A DNA stretch of 64,000 nt from a virus (lineage: Duplodnaviria > Caudoviricetes): positions 1 to 64,000 of the IMG/VR virus record IMGVR_UViG_3300044620_001883; one strand, given 5' to 3'. Positions within the stretch are counted from its first letter, which is position 1. Every line of letters begins with the position of its first letter. Below, piece by piece: positions 55,668 through 64,000 of the stretch. The notes beneath the pieces were generated by a model. That model was given only the letters and a program-made list of their open reading frames with translations. It was not told the origin of the DNA and ran no database searches. Position numbers and translations under genes: made by a program.

Positions 55668-57248
55668 ATGTCACTCATCCTCCGCCCCCTTCGCACTGGT
55701 ATCTTCGGTTTTGGTCAGAAATATGTCCGGAACCTTGCGAACCGGGAAGACTTCACGATTCCAGCAGAGTTCGCGCTCGACAAAGAGGTCCTGGCGGCTG
55801 TCCGCAGCCATGTCGCCGCTGGCTACATGCAGGTCGTCAAATCGGACGCCATCCACGGCATCTCTTCGGTGCGTCCAAGCACAGCACGCAAAACACTTCT
55901 GGTACAGATCGGTGCCGGCGGGGTCATTCCAAATGGCGCCACGCTCAACAAGGTCACGCTTGGTGGGGTTCCCTTCACGTTCGGCAACTCCAACATTGAC
56001 GGCGCAACCACCGCCGCCCTGCTCGCCGCCTTCTTGGTGGAACTTGCAGCCAGCACCGACTTCGCCGCCACGGGCGCAACAGTACGCAGCTCCACTGAGC
56101 TGGCCACCCCCGCGGCTATTGCGGCCTCCGGTACGCTGACCGCCGCCGCTGCGCCTGCCAACAACGACACGGTCACGATCGGTGGCACTGTTTACACTTT
56201 CAAGACGGCGATCCAAGGCGTCACGGCCAATGAGATTCTGGTGGAGGTGGCAGCCAGCGACGCGTTGGACAACCTGATCGCCGCTATCACTGGTGGAGCT
56301 GGCAGCGGTACAAAGTACGGCTCGGCAACCGTCGCGCACACAACCGTTACGGCAGCTGCCGGCGCGGGTGATACAATCACGGTCACGGCCTCCACCGCCG
56401 GTTCGGCGGGCAACGCCATCGCCACCACGGAAACCGGCGCGAATCTTTCCTTCGGCGCAGCGACACTCACTGGCGGCGCGGACACGCATGCGGTTGTGAT
56501 CATCGACGGGGATGACGTCGCCGATTGGACTGCCTTTGGAGATGCCAGCAGCGTGACAGGTTCTAATGACCTGCCGCTGGCTACGCCGCTGGTGTCCTTG
56601 GAATTCAAAGCCGGCGCATATGCGACCGGCACGCTCACGAGCAACAACACCAATGTCACAGAAGGCGACACGGTCACGATTGTCGACAAGGTTTACACTT
56701 TCATGGCAACCCCAGCCGAAGAAGGTGATGTGGACATCGGCGCAGACGCCGATGGAAGCCTCCTGAATCTGATCCGTGCCATCAACCACTCCGGCACCCC
56801 GGACACGAATTACGTCTGTGCACTGCCACATCCGCACGTGACAGCCGCCACGTCAGTCACTTCCCACGCCTTTGCGGTCACGGCACGCGTTCCCGGCACC
56901 GATGGCAACAGCATTCCAACCACTGAGGTGGCGGCGACACTCTCCTGGGGAGCTGCGACTCTCGCAGGTGGCACTGACGTGCTGGATACCATCGCGACAG
57001 ACGTTCCCGTCTATGTGTCTCGCACGGTCACCGCGGCTGATGTCAGCCGTGGTTACATTGAACTCGACACAGGCCTCACAAATCTGTCCACCAAGTTCGC
57101 GGTCCGCATCACCCGTTCCGGCACCGCTGTGCTGCATGACGGCACCGTGAATGTCAAGGGCTCGGCCATCATCCTGATCCAGAACAACGGCAGTGTGGAC
57201 TTTGTCGCTGGTGACATCGTCCAGGCCTTCGCCGCCGGTGCTGATTGA
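55668..57248 (+). CDS. Putative virion structural protein with duplicated A.GTLT...DTVTI...YTF modules
   Basis: Two internal repeats (ASGTLT..NDTVTIGGTVYTFK..LDNLIAAI; ATGTLT..GDTVTI.DKVYTF..LLNLIRAI); Ala/Thr/Gly-rich. Confidence 0.6.
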   Translation: MSLILRPLRTGIFGFGQKYVRNLANREDFTIPAEFALDKEVLAAVRSHVAAGYMQVVKSDAIHGISSVRPSTARKTLLVQIGAGGVIPNGATLNKVTLGGVPFTFGNSNIDGATTAALLAAFLVELAASTDFAATGATVRSSTELATPAAIAASGTLTAAAAPANNDTVTIGGTVYTFKTAIQGVTANEILVEVAASDALDNLIAAITGGAGSGTKYGSATVAHTTVTAAAGAGDTITVTASTAGSAGNAIATTETGANLSFGAATLTGGADTHAVVIIDGDDVADWTAFGDASSVTGSNDLPLATPLVSLEFKAGAYATGTLTSNNTNVTEGDTVTIVDKVYTFMATPAEEGDVDIGADADGSLLNLIRAINHSGTPDTNYVCALPHPHVTAATSVTSHAFAVTARVPGTDGNSIPTTEVAATLSWGAATLAGGTDVLDTIATDVPVYVSRTVTAADVSRGYIELDTGLTNLSTKFAVRITRSGTAVLHDGTVNVKGSAIILIQNNGSVDFVAGDIVQAFAAGAD

Positions 57249-57292
57249 TTTCCCTGCATTCCACAACAACCCCACCCACCCATACCCCGTAT

Positions 57293-57508
57293 ATGATTCC
57301 CTCCTCCGCCTACGTTAAACGCGCCTCGCAGATGTTCTTGCTTGGCGTCTCCGCTGAAGCACGCTCCCGTCACCAGGATTCCAGCAAGCTCCTGGAGAAG
57401 GTCGCCAGTGCCGCCCCCCGTCTGCAGGAACAGGCCGAAAAGGCTGTCCTGGGCACCTGTCTCTTCATCGACGCGCTGACGTCTCGCCTCAATGGGCAAG
57501 CCGCCTGA
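57293..57508 (+). CDS. Small protein with K-x-A-S motifs
   Basis: VKRAS and EKVAS. Confidence 0.5.
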   Translation: MIPSSAYVKRASQMFLLGVSAEARSRHQDSSKLLEKVASAAPRLQEQAEKAVLGTCLFIDALTSRLNGQAA

Positions 57509-58097
57509 TGCCAGGTTATCCCGCGCGACCCATGAGCGGTTCGTGTGGTTTGTTCAGCAGCAACTTCAGTTACAGAAACGGAACGTGGTATCTCTCGGGG
57601 TACCACGTTCTGTGTTTTACAACTGGTGCAAAATGAGGCACCGACCAGGAAGGCGGCGTGCGGTACAAGTGTTACGCCTTCTAGGATTCAGCTGGGGTGA
57701 GTTTAGGGCGGCGGGCATGGTGACCCCGGAGGAAGGTTTGCCGGAGCTGCCGGTCAACGCAGGGATCGTCTGGGATCTCGCCAATATGTTCTCCCTCATC
57801 CTGGAAGAACCGGCGACGATCACAACAGACACACAACCCAACGCCGTGTGGTTTGCCAGGGTGCGGACTTTACACCTGGTTGTACACATGTCCCGCTGGT
57901 GTGAAGTATTTGACGGTCCTGCTTTGGTGTTGGCTGGTCAGTACTCGACAGGCTTCAGGAATGAGTGCGCCCGTATTGCGCGTTTAATCAGCGCACCTGT
58001 GCGGCGGCACAAGAAGAAATCGCAGATGAGCATTTCACGCTTGCAAAGCAAGATGCGTGCGCTTCATCTTAGCGGTGATGGTTCCTCCCAATGCTGA
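57492..58097 (+). CDS. XRE/Cro-like HTH protein
   Basis: SLGVPRSVFYNWCK.RHRP.....VLRLLGFSWGE. Confidence 0.5.
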   Translation: MGKPPDARLSRATHERFVWFVQQQLQLQKRNVVSLGVPRSVFYNWCKMRHRPGRRRAVQVLRLLGFSWGEFRAAGMVTPEEGLPELPVNAGIVWDLANMFSLILEEPATITTDTQPNAVWFARVRTLHLVVHMSRWCEVFDGPALVLAGQYSTGFRNECARIARLISAPVRRHKKKSQMSISRLQSKMRALHLSGDGSSQC

Positions 58098-58656
58098 TGT
58101 CGCTTCGAATGACCTGGCCGAACAAGCTCTCTTGGAGCAGGCGGACAAATACCCCGCGCCCGCAGAACTGAGCAGACGCGCGCGTGCGGCGGAGAACTTT
58201 TTTACTGGCAAATCCAGCAGCTCTGTACAGGACCCTGACGACGCCGTCACACCAGTTTCCATCGCGCCGGTCAAACGTAAACGTGGAAGGCAACCGACAG
58301 ACAACACGCCAGTGGAAGCCAACACCACGGCTGCGGGTGAACTTGCACAGCTCCTTCTCTCCTCACAGGAGCGGATCACGCTCACCTTCGATTCCCTGAC
58401 CCTGCAATTCAGCGTGTTCGTGTATGTGAGTGAGGACGCCGCAACGTTAACTCTACTGGGCTGGGGCGCCAACCAAGTGCAGTTGAAGCTGCACGATATG
58501 GCCAGTCAGGTTATTAAAGTGACGCGACAGTCCGGTCAGGTTTACGACGCCATGTACCTCGGTGCCAGTGTCACGCTGGGGTTGCACGGTACGCTGATCA
58601 GTTTTATGCTGGTGGAGCATGATGATCAAAACTGGCATACCACCCGTCCAGAATAA
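58057..58656 (+). CDS. Hypothetical protein
   Basis: 199-aa ORF; start uncertain. Confidence 0.45.
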   Translation: MRFILAVMVPPNADVASNDLAEQALLEQADKYPAPAELSRRARAAENFFTGKSSSSVQDPDDAVTPVSIAPVKRKRGRQPTDNTPVEANTTAAGELAQLLLSSQERITLTFDSLTLQFSVFVYVSEDAATLTLLGWGANQVQLKLHDMASQVIKVTRQSGQVYDAMYLGASVTLGLHGTLISFMLVEHDDQNWHTTRPE

Positions 58657-58663
58657 AACAGCG

Positions 58664-58703
58664 GCACATCAACCCCAACCTCACGTGGTTGATGTTGATG
58701 TGC
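58664..58703. other. Intergenic hairpin upstream of the putative portal
   Basis: GCACATCAAC/GTTGATGTGC (10 bp) with inner CAACC/GGTTG. Confidence 0.5.
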
Positions 58704-58763
58704 TGGTTGAACTGATGCCTAAGCAGGCGGCAATCAAACCCTCCAAAACAACTTCCCACTCCC

Positions 58764-60572
58764 GTGTTCGAGTCGCATCAAAACTCACTGTCTAACACGG
58801 GAACCAGCGGGTTCTTGTCGTCGAGCATCTCCAAGTTTGGAGATCCTTTCATGCTGCCAAGCTGGTCCTTCGTCCCGGAGAACCTGACAGCACTTTTTGA
58901 AATTTGTCGTTTCCTGTACATCCGCACGCCTGAGTATGCGCGGGCCAGTCAGCGTGTTGTCTCGTATTTCCTCACGGATCTGGATTTCATCGGCGCCAAA
59001 TCCAAGGCCGGGGACAAGGCGGAACAGGATGAATTACGGGAGTGGATGCGCGACGGTATCGCCTTCTGGTTACATCTGGCTGAACTGGGGATGGACTGGT
59101 CGGCTTTCGGCAACGCGTTTGGACGGATGCACAGGCCGTTCAACAGGTTCCTGCTGATTCCCACGGACAATGGACACTCCGAAATGTCTGTGTCGGAGTT
59201 CCCGGATGCCAAGTACAAGTTTGAGACGCTCAAGTACGAGATTGCTGACCCTACACGTCAGCACCGCAGCCAGCGGCAGCGCCGCACTATTCAGGTCAAT
59301 TTCATTGACCGTGTTGCACGTGACCTGAACCGGCTGGCGTTGCGCCGGATCGATCCGGCTTACGCGTACCTCCAGCACGCGGACAGATCCGGGCGCTACC
59401 AGGTGGCTGAGCGTTTCCAGCCGTTCTTCAAAGCCGCTATCCGCCGCGGGGACCTGTGGCAGGTCAATGAGACTCCGATTGCGCAGCTGCGGGCGCTCGC
59501 CGCGGACAGTGATTTTCTCTACAACGAGGGGGAGGTGTTTCACCTGCGTGCTCCGTGCATCTCCGGCATCAGCGACTCCGGCTGGGGTATGCCTGAGATT
59601 CTGGCCAACTTCCCGAACATCCATCAGATGGCTGTCTACCGTCGAATCGACGAAGCCATTGGGTTGGACTATATGTTACCGTTCCGTGTGTTCTTCCCAC
59701 AGGCCGGCGCCAGCGGGTCACTCGACGCGTACGCGAACCAGGGCTCCATGCAGGTCTGGCAGCAGATGCTGCAGCAGATGATTGGAGACCGGCGCAAGGA
59801 TCCGTTTTCGATTCACGCCATGCCCTTCCAGATGGGCTTTGCGGAAGTCGGGGCCTCAGGCAAGCAGCTGACACCCAAGGAGAACATGGAGTGGCAGACC
59901 AACGCGATGCTAAACGCCCAGGGTTTTCCGGCCGAACTCTACAACGGTTCCATGGCTTGGCAGCAGGTGCCGACAGCCTTGCGGTTGTTTGAGAATACCT
60001 GGCAGCATTTGCCTTGGAGCTTCAACAAGCACCTCAAGTGGGTCGTGCGCACTGCCCTGGATTTCATGGGGCGGGAACAGATGCAGGTCAAGGCCGCCAG
60101 TCCGCGTATCCTCGACGACATCGAATCCCGGCAGGTGTACCTGCAATTGGCGGCCGGTGGAGAGTTTCCACGCCGCATCGCGTTCCGTCCTTACGGTGTG
60201 GACGATCCGGTCGAAGCAGCGGCGGAGCGAGCTCGCGAGAACGTCGAAATCAAACGGCAGGTGGACAAGATTCAGGCGGACGCTGCCTTGGAGGAAGGCG
60301 CAGGGTCAATCGGAGGAGGCGGCGGCGGCGCAGGTGGCGCACCGGGAGGGGTGGCCTACACACCTTCCCAGAAAGCCGAGCAGGCCCTCGCGGAGTCCCA
60401 GCGCTTGTTGCAGATCCAAGATGACGGGGATCGGGCTAAACAGCTCGCTGCCATCCGGTCCACGGATCCCGACATGCACGCTCTGGTGCGTCAGAAAATG
60501 ACGGAGCTACGTGCGGCTGCACGTAGTCAAGGCGGAGCGCAAGTGGCGCAGCTTGCATCAGCAGGGGCTTGA
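58764..60572 (+). CDS. Putative portal protein
   Basis: 602 aa; VFHLR..ISG..GWGMP.I, RRIDEAI, NAMLNAQGFPAEL and ALRLFE resemble the portal architecture (judged by eye). Confidence 0.55.
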   Translation: MFESHQNSLSNTGTSGFLSSSISKFGDPFMLPSWSFVPENLTALFEICRFLYIRTPEYARASQRVVSYFLTDLDFIGAKSKAGDKAEQDELREWMRDGIAFWLHLAELGMDWSAFGNAFGRMHRPFNRFLLIPTDNGHSEMSVSEFPDAKYKFETLKYEIADPTRQHRSQRQRRTIQVNFIDRVARDLNRLALRRIDPAYAYLQHADRSGRYQVAERFQPFFKAAIRRGDLWQVNETPIAQLRALAADSDFLYNEGEVFHLRAPCISGISDSGWGMPEILANFPNIHQMAVYRRIDEAIGLDYMLPFRVFFPQAGASGSLDAYANQGSMQVWQQMLQQMIGDRRKDPFSIHAMPFQMGFAEVGASGKQLTPKENMEWQTNAMLNAQGFPAELYNGSMAWQQVPTALRLFENTWQHLPWSFNKHLKWVVRTALDFMGREQMQVKAASPRILDDIESRQVYLQLAAGGEFPRRIAFRPYGVDDPVEAAAERARENVEIKRQVDKIQADAALEEGAGSIGGGGGGAGGAPGGVAYTPSQKAEQALAESQRLLQIQDDGDRAKQLAAIRSTDPDMHALVRQKMTELRAAARSQGGAQVAQLASAGA

Positions 60573-60590
60573 TCTACATTTTGCGGTATT

Positions 60591-61232
60591 ATGCAACTTA
60601 TCCCGCACGCGGAACATGTTTCCAAACCACGCTCCCGGCTGCGCTATCAACGTATTGATGGGATGCCACCGCGTGGTTTCAATGAGCCCAAGGAGGACGA
60701 GGACCCTTCAGGCCTTTCCAAATTGAACTTGGTCGGCAAAGATTACTACAGTGGCTCCGGTACAGGCCCTGAAATTGAGAAAGTCTCAGCCCAGATCTGG
60801 GGTGCTCCTTTAGTCAATCTAGCTGTCAAACTCGCAACACGTCAGCCGCTGCCGTCGGGATTGGCGGCCGTGCATGACAACGCGACGTACATGAACACCG
60901 GCAAGCTGGTTCAAACGGACCCGTTCCGCCGTCCGGTTGGTGCGCCTGCTTGGCAATCCCAAACTCCCGACTTTCCTTTTCTGGGTACCTCGTTGTTTCA
61001 GCTGGCTCGTAATTTACGCAACAAGCTGCAAACCGCGCAGATGCCCAACATCCTGCAGCAGTCCGCCCCGCTGCGGGGCACTGTGGGGGCGTTGGGAGGT
61101 GCGGCGGCTGCTGCCGGCGCTGGCTGGTTGTCGAACATCCTGAATCAGAAGAACACCCCGCTGAGCCACTACGCCCTTGGCGGAGCAGGGCTCGCTGGTT
61201 TGCTCGCGTATGGAAGGGGCACCCACAAGTGA
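60591..61232 (+). CDS. Putative virion protein with C-terminal Gly/Ala hydrophobic segments
   Basis: EKVSA, VKLAT; two GA-rich hydrophobic stretches. Confidence 0.55.
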   Translation: MQLIPHAEHVSKPRSRLRYQRIDGMPPRGFNEPKEDEDPSGLSKLNLVGKDYYSGSGTGPEIEKVSAQIWGAPLVNLAVKLATRQPLPSGLAAVHDNATYMNTGKLVQTDPFRRPVGAPAWQSQTPDFPFLGTSLFQLARNLRNKLQTAQMPNILQQSAPLRGTVGALGGAAAAAGAGWLSNILNQKNTPLSHYALGGAGLAGLLAYGRGTHK

Positions 61233-61507
61233 ACGTGGGAGCCCTGCTTCGTATGCTTATCCAAGGTGCCATGGATATTCCGCCCAGCGCCAAGCAGGGG
61301 ATCATGGGTATCATTGACCTTCTGCCGGAGGAACACAAACAGCGGTTGTTTCAACTTCTCAGGGCAGGCACGGCTGCAGGTATCGGCGCAGTTGTGTCCT
61401 CCTTCCTTTCGGGGTATGGTGGTCCGGGCGCACTCGCAGGCCTGGCCGTTCAATCCAGCATACGCTACGCCACACCAGATCAACTCACTTACCGTCCGTA
61501 TTTATGA
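61229..61507 (+). CDS. Small protein with GA-rich hydrophobic segment
   Basis: Coupled ORF. Confidence 0.5.
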   Translation: MNVGALLRMLIQGAMDIPPSAKQGIMGIIDLLPEEHKQRLFQLLRAGTAAGIGAVVSSFLSGYGGPGALAGLAVQSSIRYATPDQLTYRPYL

Positions 61508-62067
61508 ATCACAGGAACGCTGCTCAAACTCACGTCATGCATGAAACCGCGAGACAGCTGGGCTGTTCTCCACTCGATTTGCAAGTGGCGAAAGCAGCGG
61601 CTGAGCACCTGGACAACCGGGCGTTTGGACGCATCCTTGCTTTGATCGGCGACACCTGTCTCATCAAGGCAGGCCATGAAGGCAAATTCGCGCAGCAGTT
61701 GTACTGCAGGCTGTGGCGCAGCCCTGAGTGGAACCCGTCGTTTGATACCCTGGTGGAACCCGTCCAAGACGCCTTGGGTCGTGTGAACATCAAACAGGCC
61801 AGCTTTGGCACTGCGACGATTGCCTCCATGTTCCCTCGTGCAGGTACAAGCATTTCGGACAACATGTTTGGCATTCTCAGCGCGTTGGCGTTGGGTGGAG
61901 GTGTCGTTGGCAGTGGTGTGGGCGCTCTGAACTGGCACCTGAAGCGCATGACACAGGCCGACGACGCCAAGGCTGAGGAGTTGGATACCAAGGCCGATTT
62001 CTACAAGCAGCTGGCGGATGAGATCGGCACAGATGCGCGGTTGCGCAAATGGCAGCAGGGTGCATGA
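61504..62067 (+). CDS. Putative virion protein (K-x-A motifs, glycine-zipper-like segment)
   Basis: AKAAA, IKQAS; LALGGGVVGSGVGAL. Confidence 0.55.
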   Translation: MNHRNAAQTHVMHETARQLGCSPLDLQVAKAAAEHLDNRAFGRILALIGDTCLIKAGHEGKFAQQLYCRLWRSPEWNPSFDTLVEPVQDALGRVNIKQASFGTATIASMFPRAGTSISDNMFGILSALALGGGVVGSGVGALNWHLKRMTQADDAKAEELDTKADFYKQLADEIGTDARLRKWQQGA

Positions 62068-62074
62068 ATGCGCC

Positions 62075-62476
62075 ATGTCTCCATCTGACCTATCTCCCGG
62101 TATAGCCCTCCCTGCCGCAGTGCCTGTCCTGGGCCAGGCAGCGGTGGAAGTTGTCGACACAGTACGTCGACCAGAGAAGTGGGTTAAGGGCAAGCCACAG
62201 CTCAAGGATCATTTTGTAAAAAACCAGCAGCACGTCAAGTACGGGCCCATAACACACAAGATCCTGAATCTGTTGGATGCTGATGACCTGGGGGCGCTGA
62301 ACGAGTTGTACGAGCAGTCGCATAATCCCACCGGGGACGGTGCTTGTATTGAAATCATGCGACACAGCGAGCCTGTCGTTGTCGGTGACAAATGGATATG
62401 CCACATTATGTTGCGCGATATCTTTTACAGAAAGCTCGATCCTCATGACTCAGACGACACCAATTCCAAACCCTAA
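62075..62476 (+). CDS. Hypothetical protein
   Basis: Likely start ATG 62075. Confidence 0.5.
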   Translation: MSPSDLSPGIALPAAVPVLGQAAVEVVDTVRRPEKWVKGKPQLKDHFVKNQQHVKYGPITHKILNLLDADDLGALNELYEQSHNPTGDGACIEIMRHSEPVVVGDKWICHIMLRDIFYRKLDPHDSDDTNSKP

Positions 62477-63944
62477 CGTCAAGCAGGCGGACGCTGCTAT
62501 GTTCCCCACCGCAGGGATGCCAGCCCCAGCAGGGATGCCAGCCCCAGCAGCGATGCCAGCCCCAGCAGCGGCTCCCGCCCCTCCCGCCCCTGCCGCCCCT
62601 GTGGGAACCCACGACACTCATGTCAACCCAGGGTTCCTTGCCCGCATGCTGCTTGGAGGTCTGGTCGCCGGCGGCGGGGTAGGACTTCTGACCGCGTTGC
62701 TTCGGCAGCGGAACGCCATCGTGGAGGACAAAAACGAGGCAGCCGATTCTGACTTGGAGCTGCAACTACCGGCGAGACTTCGCAAGCAGGCCTCAGGTTT
62801 TTCTCAACTCATGAACCTGGCGGCCCCCGCCGGGGAGTGGTTCAATGAGAAAATGGCACCGGCTGAGCAGTACGTGCAGTCACCAATGCCCGCGGCAGGA
62901 AAACAACCACTGAGCGTGTGGGACTACATGTTGGGTGGTGCAGCGTTCCCCCTGGCTGCGCTGGGCGGGTTGCAGCTGACACGCAAGGCCTACCAAGGCT
63001 GGCGCGAGCGGGACGTGAAAGACAGGCTTGCGGAACAGCAGTCGCGCTACATGGCGGCGCTGCAGGCCGAAGCTGAAGGTACAAAGGAGGCGGCAGACGG
63101 GCGAGGCTTGAGTATGCCGCAGATCGCCGCTCTTGCGATTGGCGGCATACCGTTACTGACAGCCCTGACGTCGGGCTTGCTGACGGATCGTTTTCTGGAC
63201 CAGCAATTCCCGCTCAAACCCAAGATGCAGGCCCCGGTGAACCGAGTGCGTGTCGGGTTTGGGGAAGACCCGGCAGCAGAGGAGGAGGAAGACACGGAGG
63301 CTTTCAAGAAAGCATCCGACGCCCTGGTACATGTGGCTCTCCAGTTTGAAAAGCTTGCAGCCGATGCCGGTGTCAAAGCCGTCATCGCTGCAGTGGGACA
63401 CGGGATGCTCGATGACCTGGAACGTCATCAGTTCAAATATGGTTCGGACGCCATGCTGGATCTGGCCCAAGGAGCCAACCTTGAGTTGCCGTCGGATCCT
63501 TTGGTCAAGTGCGCAGCTGTGCGGGTCGCGGTGCAGTCTGGTATTGGGCCTGCTCTGATGCTCATGTCTGCCGGTGTTTTCGCTAATGCTGCACCGCACT
63601 GGCGCAAGCAAGGCGCACAGCTGGCGGAGTTCAACAAGACGGCGTCGCAGCTGATTAGTTGTACGGCTTCCGCCCTGGATCTGCATATCGCGGCACTGGC
63701 CGGCGAAGAAGTCATCAAGGCGGCGGCAGCGCAGGCTGCCCCACAAACACCGATGGAACAACTGCGTGCTATGCTTGCCCAACAGGGTGGCGCAGCAACT
63801 ATCGGTAAAGATGACGCGTCGCAAATGCACACGGGTACGCTACAGACGGCAGCCACGGGCTCCCAGTTCAGTGATTCCACACAGCAGGTCAACAGACCGC
63901 AGAACATCAAAGACGATATTGTAGACAACGTCCTGGTTAAATGA
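62445..63944 (+). CDS. Putative virion/internal protein rich in K-x-A-[AS] motifs, with N-terminal PAPAGM repeats
   Basis: KQAS, KEAA, KKAS, KLAA, KCAA, KTAS, KAAA; three glycine-zipper-like hydrophobic segments; 18-nt repeats at ~62505-62590. Confidence 0.6.
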   Translation: MTQTTPIPNPNVKQADAAMFPTAGMPAPAGMPAPAAMPAPAAAPAPPAPAAPVGTHDTHVNPGFLARMLLGGLVAGGGVGLLTALLRQRNAIVEDKNEAADSDLELQLPARLRKQASGFSQLMNLAAPAGEWFNEKMAPAEQYVQSPMPAAGKQPLSVWDYMLGGAAFPLAALGGLQLTRKAYQGWRERDVKDRLAEQQSRYMAALQAEAEGTKEAADGRGLSMPQIAALAIGGIPLLTALTSGLLTDRFLDQQFPLKPKMQAPVNRVRVGFGEDPAAEEEEDTEAFKKASDALVHVALQFEKLAADAGVKAVIAAVGHGMLDDLERHQFKYGSDAMLDLAQGANLELPSDPLVKCAAVRVAVQSGIGPALMLMSAGVFANAAPHWRKQGAQLAEFNKTASQLISCTASALDLHIAALAGEEVIKAAAAQAAPQTPMEQLRAMLAQQGGAATIGKDDASQMHTGTLQTAATGSQFSDSTQQVNRPQNIKDDIVDNVLVK

Positions 63945-64000
63945 CACCCAGCATTGCTGATATTATCTCACGCGCCCAAGAAAGTCTTGGGCAGGTATGG

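Noticed and set aside
1-64000. Prophage, integrase, transposase, reverse transcriptase/DGR, or tubulin/nuclear-shell genes
   Set aside because: No matching motifs seen in any listed ORF, so a nucleus-forming or temperate lifestyle cannot be claimed from this window.

Overview
This 64 kb window comes from a large tailed dsDNA phage, probably a jumbo phage (inference; only part of the genome is visible). I see no integrase, tRNA or CRISPR array, and nearly all genes are on the + strand. In order it contains: (1) a fibre/adhesin module (1-8.5 kb) with paralogous fibre and chaperone-like genes, two signal-peptide-bearing genes, three tandem Gly-Pro-Pro-rich collagen-like genes and a 2OG-Fe(II) dioxygenase; (2) a degenerate primase-like gene on the - strand, then a ~930-nt intergenic region that folds almost continuously into hairpins (candidate large ncRNA); (3) a GpA-type large terminase with a 428-aa LAGLIDADG intein in its Walker A motif; (4) a replication/recombination block: RNase H-like, Mre11/Rad50 pair, SF2 helicase, DnaB-like helicase, primase, UDG-exo-PolA, SSB-like protein with low-complexity repeats, RecA-like and RecQ, with a solitary Cas7/RAMP-like gene inside it; (5) two separated fragments of an RNA polymerase beta subunit, a putative portal and several putative virion proteins sharing a K-x-A-[AS] motif. 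Strongest leads: the large structured RNA, the solo RAMP, the collagen trio plus dioxygenase, and the K-x-A motif at domain junctions of the RNAP fragment. All calls come from reading motifs by eye; no database search or folding program was run.
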